NCBI RefSeq assembly: GCF_000143415.4
Contig: NW_003314325.1
Span: 962,086 to 1,026,085, forward strand
Source of the DNA: Selaginella moellendorffii
Taxonomy: Eukaryota; Plantae; Lycopodiophyta
Direction: 5' to 3'
DNA: 64,000 nucleotides
Shown: positions 38,397 through 49,097 of the stretch, piece after piece
Numbering within the stretch: position 1 is the first letter of the stretch
How the letters are laid out: every line of letters starts with the position of its first letter
The notes under the pieces: model-generated
What the model saw: the letters and a program-made list of their open reading frames with translations, nothing else
Databases searched by the model: none
Told to the model about the DNA's origin: nothing
Program-made: the position numbers and the translations under genes

Positions 38397-38846
38397 ATGA
38401 AACTCTTAATTAGTATTATAATCTTATGTAGTTTGAGTGTTTTGCAATGCCTTGGTTATTCAAGTCCAGCTCTAGAAAGATGTTATGCTAGGGAGCCACG
38501 TAGAGAAGTTTCTATGGGTTTTGTATGTCAGTCTATACGTCAATTAACCTTACGATGGGCAAGATCACCTTATCGTATTACTTATGTAATACAAGGAAGA
38601 GGTTATAGAATTTTTATGAAAGTAGAAACATGGAGAGCTCATGATCAAAATAGGAATGTTACTGAAAATGATATTGTTGAAGCTTTTAATTTTATTATTA
38701 GGAATTGCATATCTCGTGGCTTTGGTGGAGAAGTTAATTTCCAAGATCAATCTATCTTTATAACTATAAACATATTACCAAGAGATGAACTGTCTATACT
38801 ATTAAATATTTTTCCAAAATCGATCTTGAATGTTTGTAACTTTTAA
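38397..38846 (+). CDS. Small secreted Cys-containing protein of unknown function
   Basis: Uninterrupted 149-aa ORF in very AT-rich DNA. Hydrophobic signal peptide MKLLISIIILCSLSVLQCLG. TATAAA at ~38358. Confidence 0.65.
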   Translation: MKLLISIIILCSLSVLQCLGYSSPALERCYAREPRREVSMGFVCQSIRQLTLRWARSPYRITYVIQGRGYRIFMKVETWRAHDQNRNVTENDIVEAFNFIIRNCISRGFGGEVNFQDQSIFITINILPRDELSILLNIFPKSILNVCNF

Positions 38847-40577
38847 GTAATAGTGATTGCTATTGATTATTTTCTAAATCAAAAATTCTTTAAAGAGGGA
38901 AAATTAATTTAGATGATACTTTAATAATATTTTATTTAATAAAAAATTACTAGTGTAATCATTGTATTGATGTAGATTTTGCTCCAGATGTGCTTAGGCC
39001 TTCCAAATTGACAAAAAACTCATACGTATTCCTTGGAGATGTCAAGAGCTTGTTGTCAAGAAGGGAAGATGACAAACTACTAATAAATCACTAAAACAAT
39101 AGAGGAGAAGATGATAAAAATCCTAAGTATAAAGTCCTTAAAAACCCCATTTTTATTAGGCTATGAAAACTAATCTAGTTTGACCTAATCCATAAATTTA
39201 ATTTAGTTATGGGTATATACTAATTCCATATACCCATATATATGTATAGTTGGTATTGAGTGCAAATCCTATGAAGAGAGGTTTGAGGTTTGACTCGCGC
39301 TTTGGCCAATAATGGTGAATATATTTCTCAAGAGATAGCAAATATATCATATCATCCCCCCCTCTAATGCTGAGAACCAAACAACAACTGAAAGTGTGCA
39401 ATACCAAGCTTAGTATATATCATTAATAAAAATTTGTAACCAACTTTATTAAGCATACCTAGCCTTATAAGGAGTTTTTGTTTTATTGTTTTGCACTAGC
39501 TAATGACAAAAACATCTGCATATTGAGCATTAGTCCATTAATATCACTATATAATAGCTTATTATGTTTGGCAAACACTTTTACTACCATGCCTATATAT
39601 TGGTTCTGTTTCAGTCCCATTAGTTATGTATGAAAAGTGTTTGGGTTTGTCAATTAGGTATATTTATGGGATGAAAAGATTGTCTTGAACACAATATTAT
39701 TATTCCTATGTCCAGATTTACAATATAACACCATTCTATTTTAGTAAGTTTTTGAGATTGTTAATTCCTAGATTATGTATAGGTGACCTATCTAAGACAT
39801 TGTTTAGCTTCTCACTAGGCATGTTTGTCCTTGTTCTACATCTGGTTTGGATCTAAATTCAAGCTCCAAACCATACTAGGTGATAATATCCTTATGTTAA
39901 ATCATTAGTATGTTGAAATATCACCAAACTCCATTTGGCATTATTTCGTATGTTAGTTTTGGCATTGGGATGCTAAAAGCTTTATGACTATTTTAGTATT
40001 TCTTTGTGCTCATATCTTTACTTTCTTTGGCTATACATTTGGGAGTTTAGCTTATTTAGTAGACCAAGTCACACATGTATCCAAGAGTTAGGTTTCATTT
40101 CATGGTTATCCTAAAGGGAAACCACATGCTATATTTGGTATTAAGGAATACATTTAAGTAAGTATTGTATAATGAGATTGGGCAACTAATGTTATTGCAT
40201 ATATAGATATAAAAACAATGATCCAAGTGGGTATATATTTGGTTGTTATAGCTTTGCATATGTCCCTAAGTATGGATTTTTGCAAGTACTATTTTATACC
40301 ATATTATATGAGCTTTCTCTTAAACTTATTAATTTGAGTTGCTCACATAATATGGTATAAAAAGGTAACTAAAATCCATACCCAAGGAACAGCTATGAAG
40401 TCATAGCACCCAAACATATACCCACTTAGATTATTATTTTCATCTCTATATGTACAAGGCTAGTTGCCCAATCTTATTGGATAATACTCATTAAGATTCA
40501 TTCGTTTATACCAAATGTAGCACATGTACTTCACTATATAGTGTTTTACCATAGGATAATCACATAGTGGAACCTAA

Positions 40578-40951
40578 TGTAAGCAACCAAAGAGAATGAC
40601 TTGAGAGACAATCCATAGGGTTCAAATATAGAGGGAAAGGGCTCATGAATAAAAGTGCACCCTTTTTTCCAATTAGTTAAGGGTCTTGGGATATTTGGGG
40701 TTAAATGTCTTTGGATTTGAATAGTATTGGGCTGGGTGACCTCAAGTTCAAATTCAGGAGCTTATATTTGGTATCAGAGGGGGTTTTGAGTCTGACTCTA
40801 TTGATTGGCTGAGGGAAAGGGCCCATGAATAAGAGTGCACCCCCGTTTCCAATTAGTTAAGGGTCTTGGGATATTTGGGTTTAAGTGTTCTTGGGTTTGA
40901 ATAGTACTGGGCTAGGTGACCTCCCGGGAAGTTCAAATTCAAGAGCTTACA
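40578..40951 (+). mobile_element. Cassandra-like TRIM (5S-bearing LTRs), internally deleted, TSD CCTAA
   Basis: TGTAAG...CTTACA termini, PBS TGGTATCAGAG, CCTAA on both sides, 5S-like core at 40880-40934. Confidence 0.85.
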
Positions 40952-41222
40952 CCTAAACCCCCATATACTATATACCATGTATAGAGTAAAACCCATTTAG
41001 CTCCATTTTGCATGATGGTTTTGGCATTGGGATGCTCAAGAGTTAATTTTTGGGACAATCACGAAAACTTACTAAATATAGAATGGTGCTAGATTGCGAA
41101 TTTGGATGTAGGATCAACACCATTATGATCAAGACAATCTCTACATTTCATAAATATGCTTAACTAGCAAATATAGACACTTCCATAAATAATCACTTGG
41201 ATCGAATGGGACAATATATAAT

Positions 41223-41315
41223 GAGCAGGCGTTCGGGGATCTCAAAGAGTTATTGACAACTCCTCCGGTTTTGGCATATCCTGACTACACTGGACCTTTT
41301 ATTTTGCCCGTGGAT
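41223..41315 (+). mobile_element. Intact gypsy RT-RNaseH connection fragment inserted in a decayed LTR
   Basis: Translates EQAFGDLKELLTTPPVLAYPDYTGPFILPVD. CpG-rich and absent from the other LTR copies. Confidence 0.8.
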
Positions 41316-42275
41316 GGGTATGATAGTGAGTGTATCTTAGCAGATACAATAAGCTATCATCTAGCAAATATTGAGGAACTAAGCTCAATATTGCAAGGGT
41401 TCCTAATACTATCAAGTGCAAGCTAACATATAAATTTTTTATACTAGGCCGAATATATTGTAGTGCACATGGTTTTCACCCTTTATCCTATGATGATTTA
41501 CCATAGGATAACCATGAAGTAGAACCTGAACCCTTCATGTGCCATGTGTCACATGCCATATGTCATATGGCACGTGTTCAATGACAATGGAGCAGAACCT
41601 AAGTTTCAAGGTCTTAGGACATTGAATGAAAGAATAGAGGTAAACTTCTAAACATGGAACCAAAGAGTGAAGGAACCAAAACACGGAGTGATTTAAAACA
41701 ATCCTAAAGCATCTAACATCCCAATGCTAGAACTAGCATGCAAAATGGAGCCAAATGAAGTTTGGCACTATTTCAATATATTAGTGGCCTAATACGAGGA
41801 TATGGGTACTCCACAAAACCTCAAATTTACGTGATATTCTCAGAAAATGCAATATGAAACTTAAGTTTAGACCCAAGCCAGATGTAAAACAAAGATAGAC
41901 ATGCAAGTGAGAGCTAGACTATGCCTTAGGTTAGTCAGCCATACCCAACTTATTCCTACTATACATTTGGAACCACCCACAACCCCCACCCCCCCCACCC
42001 GCTTGAGGAACACATGCTTTGGACTTTCACCCCTTGTCATCTTTAATACTAGGAGTTAGTCTTTGGAACAAGCGTGAAAGTTATTAAATATGGAATTGTA
42101 TTAGATTGTGAATTTGGATATGAGACCAACCCCATTGTGTTCAATACAATCTTTGCATTTTATAGATATACCAAAATAAATTAGCAAATCTAGATACTTT
42201 CTATAAATAGCAATTAGGACTAAATATAACAAATACATAGGGCATGAGGTAAGTTAGCAAATTAGAAAGGAAAAA

Positions 42276-42467
42276 TCCGTAAACGAATTCGTAGATAAAT
42301 CGAAATCTGTAGATGTATTCTAAGGAGGTTGGGTTTTGAACCCAGCCTTGCTTTACTAGAGGGTTGGGACTCAAACCCAACCTCTGTAGAATACATCTAC
42401 AGATTCGATTTGTCTACGGATTCATCTATGGAGTCCCAACCCTCTAGTAAAGCAAGGCTGGGTTCAA
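42276..42467. repeat. Interlocked double inverted repeat X-Y-X'-Y'
   Basis: Y 42336-42372 and Y' 42431-42467 are a perfect 37-bp inverted pair. X 42276-42336 and X' 42373-42432 are an imperfect inverted pair. Confidence 0.9.
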
Positions 42468-42655
42468 GTCCCAACCCCATACTAGGGCATGGTGAGGTGA
42501 GGGGTATAGGGATACTTATACTTCGTTGTCGCTGGGGAGGTTAACTTAGGCACACCGCTAAGTGGGGGGATGCCTCCGGAAACATGGTTAACAAGTCATA
42601 GAATTAAAAAGATACTTCGATGTGGGCATTAAACTTCTTATATGGGTGGTAGAGT

Positions 42656-43662
42656 TGTAAGGAACCAACTCCCCAAGGTGTTGTAGGCTAAAGCATCCCC
42701 AAAAACATGACCAAAATAATAAAGAGTTTATCGGACAAGATTGACTCTGAGACCGTATTTGAGACTGAGTATGAGATCGAGTCCAAGACCAACTCCAAGA
42801 TCAGGTCCGAGACCGAGTCTAAGATCGAGTCCAAGACTGAGTCTGAGGTCGAGTCCAAGATTGAGTTCGAGACCGAGTCCAAATACTAATATAGGTCATG
42901 GGGTGAAAGCCCAAAGCATGTGTCTCTTGGGGCGGGGGTTGTAGGGGGTTCCAAAAGTATAGTAAGGATAGTGAGGTCCAGGAACCAGTCTTGAAAGAAC
43001 TCTGTAGTGGTAACTTGAGGTTGAGACTGAGGCTTAGGGGCCTTGGGTGGGAGTGAGCATGGACTCAGGTGGTGCTGGAGGGGCCACCTTAGGAAGTGCT
43101 CAAGAGTAGCTCCCACTCCCAAAAGGGAAATCGACTAGGTGCTCCCAGCTCATGTGGAGTGGTGCCCCACTTGAGTACCTTGCAACTCATTGGTCCTCAC
43201 CCTTCTTAGAGGCTTAGGCCTTCCCTTCGGGATGGAAGTGGGGAAGTAAAGGTACCCATACCAGGCCATTATGCCACAGTGTTTCCCCCCGGTGTCCCAA
43301 AGTAAAGGTTGTATTCAAAGTTTGGGATTGAGAGGGTCCTATAATCAAGTCTTGTTGTACCAAGGGATGTTAGAAATCTAGATGCTTGGTGTGCTTGGAT
43401 GCTTGTGCCTGTGGGGAGTGTAGCTGAACCTTAAGTCTAGTCTAACCCGGAGAGGGGGATTGGGAAAAAATTTGAGAATCCGTAGATGGATGGATAACAC
43501 TCCGTTACTCGTGCAATGAGTTGTTGAGACTAAGTAGGATCAAGTAGGAGCTAGCATAATAGGCGGGAACTTTGGCGAGGGAACTTAATTAAGGCCAAGG
43601 CTGTGGTGGTTGAATAGACGAGATAAGCTCACAAATTGGAAAGAAAAAATTTATGGCTTACA
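42656..43662. mobile_element. Family B solo LTR, opposite orientation to the other two B copies
   Basis: TGTAAGGAACC...GGCTTACA is the reverse complement of 57776-58929. Contains the 12-bp tandem array. Confidence 0.85.
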
Positions 43663-43666
43663 CATG

Positions 43667-43745
43667 TGTAAGCTTATGAGTTTGGACTTCCCGGGACGTC
43701 ACCTAGCCCAGTACTATTCAAACCCATGGACGCTTAACCCCAAGT
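43667..43745 (-). mobile_element. Cassandra-like LTR fragment, 5S-like core only
   Basis: Reverse complement reads GTTAAGCGTCCATGGGTTTGAATAGTACTGGGCTAGGTGACGTCCCGGGAAGTCC...CTTACA. Confidence 0.8.
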
Positions 43746-45917
43746 TTTTCATACTAGGCCGAGTATGCTCAGTAAGAAACACATAAGAGTTTTTACCTTA
43801 TATTTATTTGGTATAAGTACATATATGATACTAAGTTTCTCAACGAGCTTAGGTGGAGACTAATAAAGTGTCTAACAATACTGACCTTCTGCCGTCGTGG
43901 TAGTAAAGAAAAAATATCCGAAAGGACTAGCCAACAAGTAACTATTGATACCTATAGTCACATTTGTGACACTCTCCCCCCCCTTAGGGAAGATCGACGT
44001 CCTCATCAATGGACACTTTAGTCTAGACTACTGGTAAGGATACAATTGTAGAAAAAGTTCACAGTGATCACACTATATAATAAATGCACCAACTTAAATG
44101 AGTTAGGGTAACCTCTCTATTTAATGTAAATGTGTTACAACTCAAACACCTTTTGGCCGTTGTTGACAAGGAAATAACTAATGGAGTTAGCTGCCTTTGC
44201 TACTCTAGGTGTCACCTAGTTTACAAAAGAGTGATATGCCCCTACCCACAAATGACATAGAGAGAGAAGTAAAAGGCCTCAACCCTTGTGAGCAAAAAAA
44301 CCAAACCCATTGGTAAGGTTTAGATAAACTACTATAAACAGGTCATTAGAGCTGTTTACATAGTCATGCCCTTTTTAACAAAATAAAGAATATCGAGAGA
44401 GATGTGACAAATTGACAATAGTTACCCCATAACTAAAGATTTCACTATACATATGAAGTGCCAAAGCCAATTTGTTTATATTGGCCCAAACCCAAAGATC
44501 AAAAGATTGACAATATCAAAGTCATAGACAATGATATCTTAAAGACTTAATTATTAATGAATAAATCTAATATTAAAACATAAATGTATTCTAAGTAAGT
44601 TATCATTTAATAAACAAATAGTAGAGTACAAGAACCACTAAAATCATCAAAATTGGAAAGCATAGGATTCATCATCTAACAAAATTCAATAGCAAGTATA
44701 CCATCAAGAACACTCAATGATAAAACTTAATTATTAATGATTGCAGATAACATGCTAAACAACTTACATAAGATAATTTAAAGAACATAAAATATCATCG
44801 ACTGGTAAGTAAAATGTTCGTGAATGTATCACCCAAAGGAAATAATATCCAATCTATCAAAACTAACTGTAACAATAATAAAAAAATAGAATGAATGCTA
44901 CAATATTAACAAACACTCGTTCATGCCATTATTGGACTGGGAAATCTAAATAGGTCTCAGTCAACCATACTAAAGAACTCAAGTTTATTAAGCAAAAGCT
45001 AACAACATCCTACTAATGTTTCAAATTCAAAAGGCCAATCTAAAAAAAACCATAAAAATACATGTGGTAATTGGAAAAACCATAAACCATCAAAGAGAAC
45101 AACTGACTATTATGAAAGATCAATAATCATCCCATTAATAGAGATATATATAATTCTCATCGAAAAACAAATTCACTATCATAAAGAATGGCAAAGTATT
45201 CTATATTAACAATAATCAAGCAAAACCTTTTGACAAGGATAGTCAATTATCTTAGACAACAGTCAATCATCACCAATAATTCCTAGATGCAAATATTAAC
45301 TTCAACATTAATACTAATGAGCCAAAATGTTTTCCCCAACAACTCATAACAAATGGAATAATGAGCATAAAACTCAAAGAACCAAAAGCTCAAAGAAGTT
45401 TATAGCCAAACCTCAACTAACCATGATCACGAGTCTCATATAAACTAATTTCAATACAAAAGAAGAAATCATAGTACAATATCCTTCTTAACATATCTAT
45501 AAACTAAACTTCATAATGCAAAAGCTAATGAAGAGCATGTTTGCATTAATCTGAAAGCTAAACATAACAAAAATATACTTAAAAAGTGATCATCAAACGA
45601 TCCTCCATGAATCCATCTATAGCAAGACATAACTCACTTCATAACAAGCATAAGAAGAATCATCAATGATCAATATATCCTTAACTCAAATCTAATAAAG
45701 ATTCAATTACTTCAATATTGATCATTAATTCTTCCTCTTGTAAAGTTAGTATAATCCTTGACTAAATCACTTTTCAACTAACTAGCAAATGCACAAATGC
45801 TAATAACACAAAGTTACAACTAAATTAACACTATCTACATCAAGACTAATAAAACTCAATATTAATTCTCAAAGAGACATTTTATTTTAATCGAATCTCA
45901 ATATCAATAATGTCAAC

Positions 45918-46586
45918 TGTAGCACATGTGATCATGGGATGAAATTTAGATATACTATTACCATGGATCTTTGGAACCTTGGGGGATAAATGGGGATAAA
46001 ATAGCCATTAAGGGCTCTCTCATTAAGCAATTGCCCCTTTTTTCAGTTGGCTTAAGGGGAGAAAGATAAGGTGCACTACAGTTGGTAATAGAGGAAATGG
46101 CACGGGTTTGATTCCCATTAATTAGTGGCTACTTGAAAATATAATATACCCTTGAGTAAGGTATATTCCTACCCCTAAATTTGAAATCGTATATATTAGG
46201 CATCCATGCATACGTCCTTCCTCTTGTGTAGAGTATCCATAGACGAAGGTATCCACCGTGGGACTACAGTACGGGTGGATGACTAGTTGCCTCATATGGA
46301 ATAACTAATCTACACAATGGAAGGATTGGTAGATTCAGTGCAGAAATGGAGGTGTTGGTTCTACTTGGCTTAGTAGGGGTTGTTAGTCAATAGTTAATGA
46401 GGACATTGACATCTCTGAAGGGGGGGTGATTGTAGCGCATGTGATCATGGGATGAGATTTGGATATACTGTGGATCTTTGGAACCTTAGGGGATTAATGG
46501 GGATAAAATAACCACTAAAGGCTCTTTCATCAAGCAATTGCCCCTTTTTTAGTTGGCTTAAGGGGAGAGAGATAAGGTGCACTATA
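45918..46586 (+). mobile_element. Complete family D TRIM; LTRs 45918-46080 and 46431-46586, TSD TCAAC
   Basis: TG...CA LTR, PBS TGGTAATAGAG, PPT GAAGGGGGGGTGAT. The empty site is visible in copy 2 at ~57195. Confidence 0.9.
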
Positions 46587-47077
46587 TCAACACTAGGGCA
46601 TCATTTCAATGTCATCAACACTAAAGCAAAGTTAGAAAAAAGCAAGAGTGAATTACCATTCAAAGCTCTTTAGCCAAGCTAACCAAAGTTGAAGATACCA
46701 AATTTAGTATTTAAGACTAATTCTTTAACAAAACTTAGTTATAGATAATATATCATTAAGGAGTGAATCACCACATCCATAACTCAATATAATCCAACAC
46801 CACAGACTAAACATAACTAAAAGATATTGACAGAGGTAGAATCAATATGTCAACATGGAAAAACCATATAAGTCTATAATACAATCCTCTATAACACCAT
46901 CTGGTAAAGTAAGTCTATCATTGCTAAATCACCATCCGGTAAAGTAAGCTTATCATTATTAAATCATTATCGAGCGAAGCAAGTGTCAGCAGTCCTCGAG
47001 GAAATCTTAAGCAATCATTAGTCGCAAAGCAACTAACAATCACTCTTCAACTTGCCTTCATAAGATCTAAACCCTAA

Positions 47078-47648
47078 TATAAGCTCCTGAATTTAATCTT
47101 CCAATACTATTCAAACCCAAGTATGCGTAACCCCAAATATCCCAAAACCCTTAACCGATTGGAAAAGGGTGTACATTTTTGTTCATGGGCTCTTTTCCTC
47201 ACCCCTATAGATTGTTTCTCAAGTCGTTCCTTTTGGTTGCTTACAATCCATTACACTTTCTTATAAGTTCACACCTTTGTAAATGGAAGTTGAGAGCCAT
47301 AGCTCTTTTGAGAGCCCTGCTCTCTTGACACCTTACCCCTCAAGTTGAGCCCAACAAGAGCAAATTGGATATGCCAGATATCAATTAACATGTGGTGTGA
47401 TTCCCTCTAAGCCAATCAATAGAATCGGACTTGATACCCCTTTGATACAAAATGTAAACTTTTGAATTTGGTCTTCTTAAGAGGTCACCCAGTCTAATAC
47501 TAATCAAACCTAAGGACGCTTAACTTTAAATATCCTAAAACCCTAAACCAATTGGAAAAAAGGGGTGCACTTTTGTTCATAAACCCTTTCCCTCTATATT
47601 TGAACCCTTATGGATCATCTCTCAAGTCGTTCCTTTTGGTTTCTTACA
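47078..47648 (-). mobile_element. Complete Cassandra-like TRIM; LTRs 47078-47245 and 47453-47648
   Basis: Reverse complement of the 48504-49097 element. Confidence 0.85.
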
Positions 47649-48503
47649 CTAAATTTATGCCATCGAGTTGCTGGATATGCATCACTAATGGGGATTGGAA
47701 CTAATATTCAGACTATATATTGTAGATATCATCATCTATAAAATTACTTGTCCAACATGAATGTAATACCCCAATATGTGATTTAGGAACATAGACAAAC
47801 ACAAACTAAATGATTACTTGAATCCAATCATATAACAATAAGCTCACCAACACATTTAGCCAATAGCTCTAAGCATGCTTTGAAGAGTCTAGCTATGTAT
47901 AATCAATACTTAGTTGAAAGTAAAGTGAAAACTATAAAATAGACTCATATTGGTATACAACCTCCTCATAAACTAAACTATAGTATGGGTATTAACATCT
48001 CAACATTAAAAAACTAAATTAAATATCACTATCCTCAACCAAAGTGTGGGCCACCAAGACCAAATCAAGATCAGTGGGAGTTCACTACTCTCATAGAGTC
48101 TAATAAAATGGAAAGTTCAACCTACCACCAAATATAATCTATAAAAGAAAGGTATAAGGGCCATTTCTCTAGAAAAGCACAACGGCCACTTTCTTACACT
48201 AATTCCAAACTCTATCCAATTCAATTGCCTTAGCCCCAAAAGTCAACATCTCTTTCAGGTAGCATCATACAAACTACATACTAAAGTCTAAGTAACCAAA
48301 GTTAACTCTAACCCTTTCACTAATTTGTACTGACTTATGAAAATAAAAATGGTTTTTGAGCAAAATGATCAACAGATTAGCTATTGAAAAAGTTTAAGAA
48401 AATTTGTGGAAAATTTCCATCCCAAAGAAAAAATAACTCTCAATCTAGGAATACAAACTTTCAAAACTTAATCAACTTCCTCCTATCAACAACTTCACAT
48501 AAG

Positions 48504-49097
48504 TGTAAGTAACAAAAAAGAATGACTTGAGAGATGATCCATAAAAGTTCAAATATAAAGAGAAAAGGCTTATGAATCAAAATGCACACTCTTTTCCAAT
48601 TGGTTAATGGTTTTGAAATATTTGGGGTTAAGTGTCCTTGGGTTTGAATAGTATTAGGCTAGATGGCCTCTTGGAAAGTCCAAAGTTAGGAATTTACATT
48701 GGTATTAAAGAAGTCTTAGGTCCGACTCTATTGGTTAGATAGAGGAATTGTGCCATATGTTTATTGATATCTAGCAAATCCAATTTGTTCTAGCTAGGCT
48801 CGACCCAAGGGGTAGGGTGTTAAGAGAGCAGGGCTCTTAGGAGAGTTGTGGCTCTCAGCTTTTGTTCATGAGGGCGTCAACTTGCAGACAAGCATGGTAG
48901 ATTATAAATGACCAAAAAGAATGACTTGAGAGACAACTCATAAGGGTTCAAATATAAAGGGAAAATGTGCATGAATAAGAATGCACCTCCTTTTCCAATT
49001 GGTTAAGGGTTTTAGGATATTTGAGGTTAAGTGTCCTTGGGTTTAAATAGTACTGAGCTGAGTGATTTCCCAAGAAGTTTAAATTCAAAAGTTTATA
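48504..49097 (+). mobile_element. Complete Cassandra-like TRIM; ~195-bp LTRs, ~205-bp internal region, TSD ATAAG/ATAGG
   Basis: LTR-TGGTATTAAAG(PBS)-internal-LTR. The empty site CACATAGGTTCA is at 59589 in copy 2. Confidence 0.88.

Larger units (their letters stand above)
39480..41445. mobile_element. Two decayed family A LTR+PBS ends in inverted orientation, centred near 40327
   Basis: TTTGGTATTAAGG at 40134 mirrors TTTATACCAAATGTAGCACATG at 40505. TTTTATACCATATTATATGAGC mirrors GCTCACATAATATGGTATAAAA. Confidence 0.65.

Noticed and set aside
40880-40934. 5S rRNA gene
   Set aside because: Only the ~55-nt internal promoter part is present, and it is embedded in TRIM LTRs.
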